A stretch of 64,000 nucleotides of DNA from Candidatus Bathyarchaeia archaeon (GTDB lineage: Archaea; Thermoproteota; Bathyarchaeia; Bathyarchaeales; Bathycorpusculaceae), in NCBI GenBank assembly GCA_038883795.1, contig JAVZLK010000002.1:32001-96000 (forward strand), written 5' to 3'. Shown piece after piece: positions 40,060-49,981 of the stretch. A model generated the notes under the pieces. It ran no database searches. It saw only the letters and a program-made list of their open reading frames with translations, and was not told where the DNA came from. How positions within the stretch are numbered: the stretch's first letter is position 1; each line of letters begins with the position of its first letter. Made by a program: the position numbers and the translations under genes.

Positions 40060-41184
40060 TCATCGCCCCCTTAAAATTTCAGCCAAAATCTCCTCGGGCG
40101 TAATCATTTCTCCCCCGCCAATTTTATTCAAAGGAACAACTTCCTTAGGACATGCAACTCTTTTAACTTCATAAAATATCTGTCCCAAATTCATCTCAGG
40201 AACAATTATTTTTTCAGCAATTTCCGCCAAAAGTGCGATTTGTTTTTCCGGGAAGGGCCACACGGTTTTTAAGCGAACATAACCAGTTTTGACTCCCTTG
40301 GCTTCTGCAACCTCTACGGCTTCGTAAACTGCTCGGGATGTGCATCCAAAGGAGACTATGCCAACCTGGCAGTTGTTAACGTTGTAAGTTTCAACTTCCA
40401 CTATGTCGTCCACGTTTTTCTTTATTTTGTTGTTGATGGCTTCTAAAATTCGCCTATGCACTTTCGGGTCTGCTGTAAAACGGACTCCATATTCATCATG
40501 GGTTGAAGCGGTAACAGCAACATTAAAACCCTCGCCAACTGATGGCATGGGCGCCACATTCTCCAAACCAAAAAACATTTTATCTTCAGCCTCGGGCTTT
40601 TTTCTGTTTACTATTTCAATTTTTTCTAATGGTGGGATTGCAACTTGCTCTCTAACGTGGGCTATGACTTCATCGGTTAAAATAACAACGGGCGTGCGAT
40701 ATTTTTCAGCTAAGTTAAAAGCCCTAATTGTAAGCTCAAACATTTCTTGAACAGAGTTGGGGGAAAGCGCAATAGCAGAATAGTCGCCATGCGTTCCCCA
40801 ACGAGCCTGCATCACATCGCCCTGAGCAGCCTTGGTGGCTTGGCCGGTGCCGGGCCCAACCCTCTGAACATCAACAACAACGCAGGGCGTCTCAGTCATA
40901 AAACCCCAACCGATTGTTTCTTGCATCAAACTGAAACCTGGTCCAGAGGTTGCAGTCATAGCTTTTGCTCCACACCAACTCGCCCCCATAACAGCACCAA
41001 TAGAAGCTATCTCATCCTCCATCTGCATGAAGATGCCTCCGACTTTGGGCAGTCGCTCCGCCATATACTCAGAAATTTCGTTTGCGGGAGAGATGGGATA
41101 TCCGGCGAAAAATCTGCAGCCAGCGATTATTGCTGCTTCAACACAAGCCTCATTTCCTTGCCAGAAAAATGTTTTTGAAGTCAT
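40060..41184 (-). CDS. 2-oxoacid:ferredoxin oxidoreductase alpha subunit (KorA-like)
   Basis: GNEA, GYPISP, QMEDEI, TATSGPG, PEMNLGQ. Confidence 0.92.
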   Translation of the reverse strand: MTSKTFFWQGNEACVEAAIIAGCRFFAGYPISPANEISEYMAERLPKVGGIFMQMEDEIASIGAVMGASWCGAKAMTATSGPGFSLMQETIGWGFMTETPCVVVDVQRVGPGTGQATKAAQGDVMQARWGTHGDYSAIALSPNSVQEMFELTIRAFNLAEKYRTPVVILTDEVIAHVREQVAIPPLEKIEIVNRKKPEAEDKMFFGLENVAPMPSVGEGFNVAVTASTHDEYGVRFTADPKVHRRILEAINNKIKKNVDDIVEVETYNVNNCQVGIVSFGCTSRAVYEAVEVAEAKGVKTGYVRLKTVWPFPEKQIALLAEIAEKIIVPEMNLGQIFYEVKRVACPKEVVPLNKIGGGEMITPEEILAEILRGR

Positions 41185-41275
41185 TTTTCACGCTGCCTCT
41201 TTTTCTTTTGTTTTTAGCATTACGTTAAACTTAAACTTGAGTATTTTACGCTTAAACCCCTTTCTGAAGATTCTT

Positions 41276-42391
41276 TCACTTTTTAACTTCGTTTTCATAT
41301 ATTTCGGAAATAAACTCGCCGATGGCTGGGGCAGCAGTTAAACCTGGCGACTCGATGCCTATCAAATTTATGAAACCAAACAAACCCTTATCCGCCTCAT
41401 GTCTTATAACAAAATCTCTAAACCCTTCCCCTGGACCCTGAAGTTTTGGTCTCACTCCAGCAAAATCCGATGTTAGTTGATAGTTGGTGATACATGGCAA
41501 AAATCTTTTGACATCTTCCCGAAACTCCTCTTCGTCAGAAGTCACTTCGTAGCTAATGTTATTCACGTAATAGGCGTTTGGTCCCAATTTGACCACTCCA
41601 GCCAAATCCGGAGTTAAATGGATTCCCAATCCCGGTCCTTTTGGAACAGGGTAAACGAGCATTTTTACTGGAGGTTTGCCGATAAGCCTAAAGTAATCGC
41701 CTTTACAATAATGCAGTTTATAACCAAGTTTTTCCACATCCAAGCCAATAAGTTTGGCGATTTTGTCTGAGTAAAGTCCAGCACAGTTTATCACAGTTTT
41801 GGCTTTGATTGTGAATTTTTCGCCGAAACTTGTCCCACTCACCTCATAAATATCTTTCACCTTCTTTAAACCTGTTACTTCTGTTTTTGTAGCCAAAACG
41901 GCACCGTTTTGGGAAGCCTTCGCATAAAAATAGTTCATAAGCTCATCAGGTTCCACAATGCCTGTAGAAGGCGTATAAAGCGCCTTTTCAACTTCAACAT
42001 TTGGCTCAAACCGCTTAACCTCTTCCTTTTCTAAAATTTTCAAGCCTTCCACTCCGTTTGCTCCTCCCCAACGCTTAAGTTTTTCCAACTCCTCCATTTC
42101 TTCCTCTTCGATGGCTACTGTCAGTTTTCCTAATGGCTTGTAGGGAATTTTGTATTTCTCGCAGATTTCGTAAATCATCAAATTGCCTTTAACGCACAAT
42201 TTGGCTTTTAGGGAGCCAGGGGGATAATGAATCCCTGAGTGAATTACGCCACTATTGTGAGTGCTTGTTTCTTGTCCAAACTTTGCATTTTTCTCCAAAA
42301 TATAGACGCCTTCATTATTTTCGGAAAGTTTTGCAGCTACAGCTAAGCCAACTACACCAGCGCCTATAACAACTATGTTTGCTTCTTCCAT
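41276..42391 (-). CDS. FAD-dependent oxidoreductase, L-2-hydroxyglutarate dehydrogenase (LhgO)-like
   Basis: GAGVVG, ETSTHNSGVIHSG.HY, KGDYF, LGIH.T, GIESPGLT; start ATG 42391. Confidence 0.8.
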   Translation of the reverse strand: MEEANIVVIGAGVVGLAVAAKLSENNEGVYILEKNAKFGQETSTHNSGVIHSGIHYPPGSLKAKLCVKGNLMIYEICEKYKIPYKPLGKLTVAIEEEEMEELEKLKRWGGANGVEGLKILEKEEVKRFEPNVEVEKALYTPSTGIVEPDELMNYFYAKASQNGAVLATKTEVTGLKKVKDIYEVSGTSFGEKFTIKAKTVINCAGLYSDKIAKLIGLDVEKLGYKLHYCKGDYFRLIGKPPVKMLVYPVPKGPGLGIHLTPDLAGVVKLGPNAYYVNNISYEVTSDEEEFREDVKRFLPCITNYQLTSDFAGVRPKLQGPGEGFRDFVIRHEADKGLFGFINLIGIESPGLTAAPAIGEFISEIYENEVKK

Positions 42392-42539
42392 AAAAGACCA
42401 TAAAACATACGTTAATAAATTTTTATGCCTACACCTGTTCACTCAAAATGTACCTTTAAAAGAATATGATTAAAAGCGCAAAAGTTTTTTACAAGCACCA
42501 GAAAATTAAGTTTCCCAATCAACCACACTTGAAGGGAAA

Positions 42540-43331
42540 ATGTTGAATAGGATAATTGTTTGCCTAAAACAGGCAATTGACGTTTCACAGTTGAAAGTTG
42601 ATCCAGCAACGCGGCAGTTAATAACGGCTGGTGCAGCCAAAAAAATAAGCGATTTTGACAAAAACGCCCTAGAAGAAGCTATTAGGATTAAGGAGAAAGT
42701 TGGCAACATTGAAATATTAACGGTAACCGTAACAGCGGAAGATGCAAAAACTGTTCTGCGGGAAGCCCTTGCCATGGGAGCAGACAGGGCTTACATGGTT
42801 ATGGATCCAAACTTTAAAGATGTTGACACTTTGGGCACGGCGTATATCCTAGCAGAAACCATCAAAAAAATTGGAGCCTTTGACTTGATTCTTTGCGGCG
42901 AAACCTCCCTAGACAGTTTTTCAGGCCTTGTTAGCGCAAGATTGGCGGAGCTTTTAGGATTAGTGCACGTGAGTTCTGTTAGAAAGGTTTCTGTTGAAAA
43001 TGATGTGGTTATTGCGGAGAGAGCCCTAGAAGAAGCGGTTGAAACTGTGAAGGTAAAGATGCCAGCTTTAGTTTCGGTTACTCGAGAAATAAACCAGCCA
43101 AGAATTCCGTCGCTCATGATGATTATGAAGGCTTCTAAAAAGGAAATAATAACGTGGACAACCTCCGATTTGAACCTTCAAAAAGAGAATTTGGATGCAA
43201 AAATTGAGGTACTGGAGGTTTTAGCTCCAAAAACAGAACGCAAACGAGTGAAGATAACAGGCGAAACAGCGCGGGAGATTGCTGAAAAATTGGTTAAGGC
43301 GTTGGTTGAGGAAGGCGTTGTTGGAAGGTGA
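42540..43331 (+). CDS. etfB: Electron transfer flavoprotein beta subunit
   Basis: VCLKQ, D.NALEEA, ALAMGAD, NQPRIP. Confidence 0.92.
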   Translation: MLNRIIVCLKQAIDVSQLKVDPATRQLITAGAAKKISDFDKNALEEAIRIKEKVGNIEILTVTVTAEDAKTVLREALAMGADRAYMVMDPNFKDVDTLGTAYILAETIKKIGAFDLILCGETSLDSFSGLVSARLAELLGLVHVSSVRKVSVENDVVIAERALEEAVETVKVKMPALVSVTREINQPRIPSLMMIMKASKKEIITWTTSDLNLQKENLDAKIEVLEVLAPKTERKRVKITGETAREIAEKLVKALVEEGVVGR

Positions 43332-44287
43332 AGGGCATGATTCTGGTTTATTCTGAAATGCACGATTTGGCTTTGGAGATGCTTGGGAAGGGGAGAGAAA
43401 TAGCGGATAAATTGCAAAAGGAATTGGCAGCCGTTATAATTGGGTATAACGTTCGAGAAAAAGCAAAGGAGTTGATAAATTATGGAGCAGACAAGGTTTT
43501 TGTAGTGGATAATCAAGCCTTAACCCGTTTTCAAACAGAACCCTACCTAAGTATTCTTCATAGTTTAGTGGTAAACCACAAACCGGAAATAGTGTTAATT
43601 GGCTCCACAAGAAATGGAAAGCCTCTCGCAGCTAGACTTGCAACTCGCCTCAACACGGGATGTATTCCCGATTGTAATAGGTTAAGTGTTGACGAGCAAG
43701 GAAGGCTTGTATGCGAAAGAATAACCTACGGCGGAAACGCCACTGCAAAATTAACCTTCAAAACAAAACCGCGAATAGCAACGATACCCCCAAGAACATT
43801 CGAAAAACCCCAGCCAAAAGACCGTAGCGGACAAATAATAAATTTCGAAGCAAAAATTGAAGCACCAAAAACAGAGATCATCGAAACAAAGCCTCTCGAA
43901 GTTTCTGCCGTAAGAATTGAGGATGCTGACATAATAGTCAGCTGCGGGAGGGGACTAGAAAGGAAAGAAGACACTGCCTTACTGGAGGAGTTGGCAAAAA
44001 TTCTGAACGGACAAGTCGGCAACACGAGACCTTTGGCTGAAGATAGAAAATGGTTTACGGAGTGGGTTGGATTGTCTGGACACAAGGTTAAGCCAAAACT
44101 TTACATTGCATGTGGAATTTCAGGCGTAATACAGCATGTGGCTGGAATCCGAGACGCAAAAGTCATAGTGGCTATTAACAAGGATGAGAATGCACCAATA
44201 TTTGAAGTTGCAGATTACGGCGTTGTAGGCGACTTATACCAAATATTACCAGCACTGAAAGAAGCGTTAAAGAAGCAACTGCAGTAA
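43328..44287 (+). CDS. etfA: Electron transfer flavoprotein alpha subunit
   Basis: GRGL, VGLSG..VKP.LYIACGISG..QH, AINKD..APIF. Confidence 0.93.
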   Translation: MKGMILVYSEMHDLALEMLGKGREIADKLQKELAAVIIGYNVREKAKELINYGADKVFVVDNQALTRFQTEPYLSILHSLVVNHKPEIVLIGSTRNGKPLAARLATRLNTGCIPDCNRLSVDEQGRLVCERITYGGNATAKLTFKTKPRIATIPPRTFEKPQPKDRSGQIINFEAKIEAPKTEIIETKPLEVSAVRIEDADIIVSCGRGLERKEDTALLEELAKILNGQVGNTRPLAEDRKWFTEWVGLSGHKVKPKLYIACGISGVIQHVAGIRDAKVIVAINKDENAPIFEVADYGVVGDLYQILPALKEALKKQLQ

Positions 44288-44296
44288 CAACATATT

Positions 44297-44343
44297 TTTG
44301 GCTTTAAAATCAACCAATACGAAACCTACCCTCTAGATTTTTC
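44297..44343. repeat. Dispersed ~46-bp intergenic repeat, copy B
   Basis: Inverted copy of 26092-26137; partial third copy TACCCTCTCTAGGATTTTT at 44382-44400. Confidence 0.85.
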
Positions 44344-44507
44344 GCTTGTCAATTTAGGCTTGTGGATCGTGTTAAATTGAATACCCTCTCTAGGATTTTT
44401 GGCGTCGCCCTTTATCAGAGTTTTTGTTCAATTCTCTTTAAGCTCGCCAAATTTAAATTCACACGACCATAAAAACACGTAAAACAAAAAGGAGAACAGC
44501 CCATATC

Positions 44508-45113
44508 ATGCCTTCAAAAAAAGACCAGTTAGAAACAATAGCGTCTGAAATCCTAAACTGCAAAAAATGCCCACTACATAAAACTCGTAAAAATGCTGTT
44601 CCCGGCGAAGGCAATCCAAACGCAAAAATAATGGTTGTTGGGGAGGCTCCGGGTTATTGGGAAGATGTTCAAGGTAGACCCTTTGTTGGTGCTGCTGGAA
44701 AATTTCTTGACACGTTATTAGCTAGTATAGGCTTTTCGAGAGAAGATGTTTTTATAGCCAATGTTTTAAAATGTAGACCGCCAAGAAACCGTGAACCCAC
44801 GCCAAAAGAAATCCAAACATGCACGCCCTATTTGGATAGGCAGATTTTGGCGGTTCAGCCGAAATTTATTGTTACTCTTGGGAATTATTCCACCGCATAT
44901 ATCTTCTCAAAAGCTAATTTGCCTTTTCCAAGTATAACACAGGTGCATGGAAAAATCTACGAAGCATCAGTTTTAGGCATACGCCTAACTATTTTTCCAA
45001 CTTTTCATCCAGCCGCAGCCCTTTACAGCGCCCAATACAAAAAAGAACTAACTAATGATTTCCAAAAGTTAAAAGGTGAACTTGAAAAGAGGGAATTAAT
45101 TAGATCTTCTTAA
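44508..45113 (+). CDS. udg: Type-4 uracil-DNA glycosylase
   Basis: C..C.L, GEAPG, PFVG.AG, KCRPP.NR, HPAA. Confidence 0.93.
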   Translation: MPSKKDQLETIASEILNCKKCPLHKTRKNAVPGEGNPNAKIMVVGEAPGYWEDVQGRPFVGAAGKFLDTLLASIGFSREDVFIANVLKCRPPRNREPTPKEIQTCTPYLDRQILAVQPKFIVTLGNYSTAYIFSKANLPFPSITQVHGKIYEASVLGIRLTIFPTFHPAAALYSAQYKKELTNDFQKLKGELEKRELIRSS

Positions 45114-46011
45114 CGGCCTTTATTTCTTCAAGAAGCTCCTCTACATTTTTATACGTTTTAGAGGGTAAATCAACTAAAAAAGCTTCAAGTCTCTCTTGTT
45201 TTCCCTCCTCCGCTTCCACAAGCCTCCAACCCACTTTTTTGATTAACATGCTTTTTGAAATGGGATAACGTGTCTTTGCTAAAACTTCTCTTAACGATTG
45301 TAAACCAATAGAGCTTGTAACTTTTGGAAACTTTCCCTCAGTCAAATATTCTTTAAAGCGTATTGCATCTTCAAACATGGAAAGATTGTTAAATAATACG
45401 TAAACCGTTTTTCCTTCTTTTTCGTATAGCGTAATGGCTTCTTTCAGCCTTTGCAACTCCGCATCACTGTACTGGTAATAATACATTTGCTCGCCTAACC
45501 CATGAAGCCTAAAATAAGCCACAGCACCCACATAAGCTGGCAAGACTCTAAATGGGTCAGTCACATGCGAAACATTAACCTCCTCTAAAACCTTCCTAAG
45601 TTTCTCATAAGTTTCTGGAGTCTCCCAAACTGGTCCCCGAGTCTCCCAAACCAAAACTAAGTCTTCACGGTTCACTTCTTTGAAAAATTTTTCCGCATCC
45701 CCAAGCTTGTCTGGTCTGAAAGATCCAGGCGTCTGAATCAGCAGTATTTTTGAATTTAAAATTTTGCAGATTTTTTTCATTTTTTCAAAGGCTTGAAGGC
45801 ATGTGTCAGTGATTTTCATTTTTTCTTTGTGACTTATGTCTTGATGAGCCTTCACTGTAAACTCGAAAGTTTCTGGTGCCTTGTTCCGCCAACCTTCAAC
45901 GGTTTCCATGCGTGGGTATTGATAAAAAGTGCTGTTCAGCTCTACAAGGTTAAAGGTTTCATAATATTTTTTCATTGATGTTGGAAAACCGCAACAGCCA
46001 ACCTTAATCAT
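45100..46011 (-). CDS. DUF72 domain protein with C-terminal extension
   Basis: VGCCGF, VELNSTFY, FTVKA, YFRLHG, FNN. Confidence 0.88.
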   Translation of the reverse strand: MIKVGCCGFPTSMKKYYETFNLVELNSTFYQYPRMETVEGWRNKAPETFEFTVKAHQDISHKEKMKITDTCLQAFEKMKKICKILNSKILLIQTPGSFRPDKLGDAEKFFKEVNREDLVLVWETRGPVWETPETYEKLRKVLEEVNVSHVTDPFRVLPAYVGAVAYFRLHGLGEQMYYYQYSDAELQRLKEAITLYEKEGKTVYVLFNNLSMFEDAIRFKEYLTEGKFPKVTSSIGLQSLREVLAKTRYPISKSMLIKKVGWRLVEAEEGKQERLEAFLVDLPSKTYKNVEELLEEIKAVKKI

Positions 46012-46027
46012 TAATAATTCGCGCCCA

Positions 46028-46795
46028 TTATGCACTTATTTTTGGGGGTGGGCGGACTGGTTTTCCAAGTTTTCTGCGAAGTGCAATCCGATAAAGCTTT
46101 CTTAATGATTTAATTAGCTGCTCAACTGTTGGCAAACTAGAATATATGAGCGGAATGCGGTCATATTCCGCCAGCCTTATCGAATGCTCATCTGGCTTAA
46201 CGCCTTGAAAAACTACAACCTTCGGCTTCAAATTGTTCAAGCGGACAATCAGCATGGGCGAATTCTCATTCCCAATATTCGTAAAGACTAGTGCCCTCTC
46301 TGTTGTGGCGCCAAAAAGCTGCGAATATTCCAAACCAGAAAGAGTTTCAATAGCCCTTTTCTCATCAATAACCGTATAACCATAAACTTCTTTAACAACG
46401 GTGCTTGCACATGCGACTATCTCGCCTTTTATGGCTTTGCATAAGTATTCAACGCGAACTGGTATAGGAAATTCTCTAAGGTCAAGTATAGCTACACTTG
46501 GCGAACTGGTTAACTTTGCAAATTCACGGATGAAACGGCTTCCCCGTTCCTCATCGATTTTCAATAGTGCCCAAACAAACCTCCTAACAAACTTTGTTCC
46601 TGGACTTTCGCGTCTTCCGCTTTCATAATCGCTAATAACTGAAGGCGCTACAACCATCTTATCAGAAAGGCTTGTTTGTGAAATGGCAAAAAGTTCCCGC
46701 CATTTCCGCATGGTGGCGCCAGGCTTATTTGATAGGATTATTTCTCCTGCAATCCTCCTCGCCAGAACTTCTCTAACGCTTGGAGACACAGCCAT
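46028..46795 (-). CDS. XRE-family HTH regulator (archaeal, COG1709-like)
   Basis: RIAGEIILS..PG..MRKWRE.F, SVISDYESGRR.SPG. Confidence 0.85.
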   Translation of the reverse strand: MAVSPSVREVLARRIAGEIILSNKPGATMRKWRELFAISQTSLSDKMVVAPSVISDYESGRRESPGTKFVRRFVWALLKIDEERGSRFIREFAKLTSSPSVAILDLREFPIPVRVEYLCKAIKGEIVACASTVVKEVYGYTVIDEKRAIETLSGLEYSQLFGATTERALVFTNIGNENSPMLIVRLNNLKPKVVVFQGVKPDEHSIRLAEYDRIPLIYSSLPTVEQLIKSLRKLYRIALRRKLGKPVRPPPKISA

Positions 46796-47070
46796 GCTAT
46801 ACGCCTTCCAGTCCGCCAAGTTTTCCTTTAAAACAATGCGAAGTATAAAACTATACCGCTCTTAATTTCAACATTGAATGGCATGTACATAATGTTTATA
46901 TTTTGGAATATAGAAAAAGAAAGGAGATTTGATAATGTGCCCACAGCTACTAAGACTAAAGAAATTCTTGATGCATGTTGTTAGTGGGCACTTTATTAAA
47001 ACACAGATTATGTATTAAACGCCCCTTTGAAAACCACGATTGTTCTGGTTTGGGGGTGAGGTGATGGAAA

Positions 47071-47829
47071 ATGGGTGTAAAAAACAACTTGTCCATTGTT
47101 CATTTGTCTGACATACATGCGGGCGCAAAGTTAGAAAAGAGTATGCTTGAAAAGGCGATAGATGAGATAAACAAGTTAAACCCAGATTTGATTGTTGTGA
47201 CTGGCGATTTGACGGAAGAAGGCTTGCTTGAGGAGTTTAGAGAAGCGCATAAGTATTTGCAGAGGCTAAAATGTAAGCATCTTGTTATTGGAAGCGGAAA
47301 TCATGATTCAAGAAATACGGGTTATAGACTATTTCCAAAGTTCTTTGGAAAGCAATGGTCGATAACCGAATTAAACGAAACTGTACTTATTATGCTGGAT
47401 TCCTCTAGGCCAGATCAAGATGAAGGCGAAGTTGGTTATCGCCAGAGACTCTGGTTAAAGCAATGCTTAGAAGAACATCGTGAAAAATTCAAAATCGTTG
47501 CTTTGCATCATCATCTCTTGCCAGTACCGGATACTGGAATGGAAAAGAACATGATAGTGGATGCTGGTGACGTCCTGTGGACTCTTGTCTCTTACGGTGT
47601 TGACTTGGTCTTGTGCGGTCACCGTCACCGTCCATGGATTTGGAATCTTGGAGGCTTATCTATTGTTTATGCGGGGGCTGTTTCCACAAGTAGGCTTCGA
47701 GGTTTTTATCAGAACTCTTTTAACATAATAAATATTGAAGATGGCAAAGTTAACGTACGCTTAAAGATAGTTAATGGGAATGAGTACATTTTTGAACCAA
47801 ACATAATAAAGACATTGCAAACAGTTTAG
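47071..47829 (+). CDS. Calcineurin-like metallophosphoesterase
   Basis: SDIH, TGDL, GNHD, HHH, GH.H. Confidence 0.9.
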   Translation: MGVKNNLSIVHLSDIHAGAKLEKSMLEKAIDEINKLNPDLIVVTGDLTEEGLLEEFREAHKYLQRLKCKHLVIGSGNHDSRNTGYRLFPKFFGKQWSITELNETVLIMLDSSRPDQDEGEVGYRQRLWLKQCLEEHREKFKIVALHHHLLPVPDTGMEKNMIVDAGDVLWTLVSYGVDLVLCGHRHRPWIWNLGGLSIVYAGAVSTSRLRGFYQNSFNIINIEDGKVNVRLKIVNGNEYIFEPNIIKTLQTV

Positions 47830-47879
47830 CTATGAACGGTGGCAAAGCCAAAATAATATAAAAAGAAAATGGAGAAATG

Positions 47880-48935
47880 TTATAGGATTGATTCTCTGTT
47901 TAGTGGGAAAGCCGTTGTAGTTCTTATGTCGCTTGTTCCAAGCACGAACTGTGTGACTCTGTTTAGTCCTATGCCGCATCCAGAGTGTAACGGTCTGTCT
48001 TCCTTGTAAAAGTCCAAGTACCATTTGAAGTCTTCTATGCTTCCGCCCCTTTCAACCAGCTGTTTGAACATTGTTGAGTTTATTAGTCTTTGATAGAGTT
48101 TCTCGTATCTGTATTCTCTTTCTGCTGCTCCTACTGCTTCTCCACTGAGTGGCAAAAGAAGGTCTGCGCTATTGACTATTTCTGGATTTTCGTCGTTTTC
48201 CCTCATGTTGAAGAACTTTATTGGTTTTGGAAAATGTGTTACGAAGAGTGGTTGGTTGCCCTTCATTTGAACAAGTGTCTTTTCATGGTGGCTTTTGAGG
48301 TCATCGCCCCATTTGACTCCATATTCGGTTAGGAGCCCAACAGCTTCTGTGTAGGTTATTCTATCAAAAGGTCTCTTGATTTTTCTAAGTCTTTCTACAT
48401 CCGCGTCCAAGATTTGAAGTTCCTCTTCGCATTCTTTAAGTGCACAGTTTACCATTGAACAAATTGTGCCTTCCACATGCTTTAAGAGCTCATCAAGGTT
48501 GCCAGCAAACTCCAACTCGATTAAAGTAAACTCTGTTAGGTGCCTTTCATCAGCTAAAGGTTCTGCTCTGAAGCTTGGTCCAATACACCAGACTTTTTCA
48601 AGGAAAGGCGTCAAAACTTCTAGGTATAACTGTGCTGTTTGGCTTAGATATCCCTTTTGTCCAAAATAGTCCAGCTGAAACATCGTGGCAATGTTTTCGC
48701 AAGCACCAGTTGCCCTTGTTATGTGAGGAACAGTTACTTCAATGAACCCTTGCTCTTCAAAGTAGTTTCTCGCTCCCTTCAAAAGTTTTGATTCAATCTT
48801 TATAACCGATTGGATTTCCTTTGTTGAAAGTAATTTCTGTCTGTCCTTTGTATTGTGGAGAAGGCTGAGGTTTAATTTTTTCTCAGAAACTTTTTCAATC
48901 TCGCTAATTTGGGTCTCCAAGACCCACACCGACAA
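47880..48935 (-). CDS. AsnRS-like protein lacking the anticodon domain (archaeal asparagine synthetase type)
   Basis: LSQTAQLYLE, FRAE...RHLTEF, GE.VG..ERE, G.GIGLNR; no N-terminal OB fold. Confidence 0.8.
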   Translation of the reverse strand: MSVWVLETQISEIEKVSEKKLNLSLLHNTKDRQKLLSTKEIQSVIKIESKLLKGARNYFEEQGFIEVTVPHITRATGACENIATMFQLDYFGQKGYLSQTAQLYLEVLTPFLEKVWCIGPSFRAEPLADERHLTEFTLIELEFAGNLDELLKHVEGTICSMVNCALKECEEELQILDADVERLRKIKRPFDRITYTEAVGLLTEYGVKWGDDLKSHHEKTLVQMKGNQPLFVTHFPKPIKFFNMRENDENPEIVNSADLLLPLSGEAVGAAEREYRYEKLYQRLINSTMFKQLVERGGSIEDFKWYLDFYKEDRPLHSGCGIGLNRVTQFVLGTSDIRTTTAFPLNRESIL

Positions 48936-48992
48936 TCCTAGGTTTACACTTATAAATTTTGCGGCGCATAATACATACTAAAAAGAACCAAT

Positions 48993-49895
48993 TTAAAACG
49001 CAAATATTAGAAAGATTCCCGTGACAACCATTATGGCTCCAACAACATTTTTTAGTGTAACATGTTCATGAAGTAGAATTGTTGCGGTTAATGTTGAAAA
49101 TAATGGTGTAGTGGAAGATATTGGAACCGCTTGGGCTTCTGATGTATGTATGAAACTGTATGCAAGGAAGAACCATCCCAAACCGAGGGCTATGATGCCG
49201 CCCGAAATTAGCATGGCTAATGTTTTTCTTTGCATTTTTAGGAAGCCAAATTTTCTATCAGTGATTGGTGAAGTAGCCAATAGTAAAACTGCGATTGACA
49301 TTGTTCTTATGATGTTTATTGCCAAGGTGTTGTCTAAGCTGCTCGTTTCTGGAAGCGTTACCGCCACGTCCATTAACGTTATGCTCATGGACCACATCAA
49401 AGCCGTAATTAAAGCGGAAATCACTCCCTTAACCAAGTTTTCTTTATGCACTTTCTGTGAGCTTTGTTCCTTCTCTTCGCCGCTTAAAAGTGCTACTCCA
49501 AAAACGATTATAAATGCTCCCAAAACTATCTGTGAGGTGACGGTTTCCTCTAAAAGGAAAATGGCCCATAAAAGATTGAAAAGCGGGTAAATGCACGTTA
49601 TTGGGACGGCTCTTGCCACGCCTATAAGTTTTAGGCTTTGCATGTATAATGTGTCGCCGAAGCCTAAACCAATTATTCCACTTATGCACGCCAGAAAAAC
49701 AGCATTAAGCGGCAAGGCAGTTAAAATTTCTATTTTGCCAATAACCGCTAAACAAGTAATTAGAATCGCGCTTGTGCATGTAAGTCTTACAATGTTTGCT
49801 GAAATCGGCTTGGTTTTTAACAATGCTTCCCTATAGAGAACTGCTGAGAATGTCCAGGTTATGGCCGCCCCTAAAGCGGCAAGTTCGCCTATCAT
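48993..49895 (-). CDS. DMT/EamA family transporter
   Basis: About 10 TM helices, two EamA repeats. Confidence 0.88.
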   Translation of the reverse strand: MIGELAALGAAITWTFSAVLYREALLKTKPISANIVRLTCTSAILITCLAVIGKIEILTALPLNAVFLACISGIIGLGFGDTLYMQSLKLIGVARAVPITCIYPLFNLLWAIFLLEETVTSQIVLGAFIIVFGVALLSGEEKEQSSQKVHKENLVKGVISALITALMWSMSITLMDVAVTLPETSSLDNTLAINIIRTMSIAVLLLATSPITDRKFGFLKMQRKTLAMLISGGIIALGLGWFFLAYSFIHTSEAQAVPISSTTPLFSTLTATILLHEHVTLKNVVGAIMVVTGIFLIFAF

Positions 49896-49981
49896 TGTTT
49901 CACGCAGTTTTTGAAGGGATAAATTTTGCTCTAAGCTGTTAAATATCTAACGCTCAAAAATTATTGAATGGGTGCGTTAAA

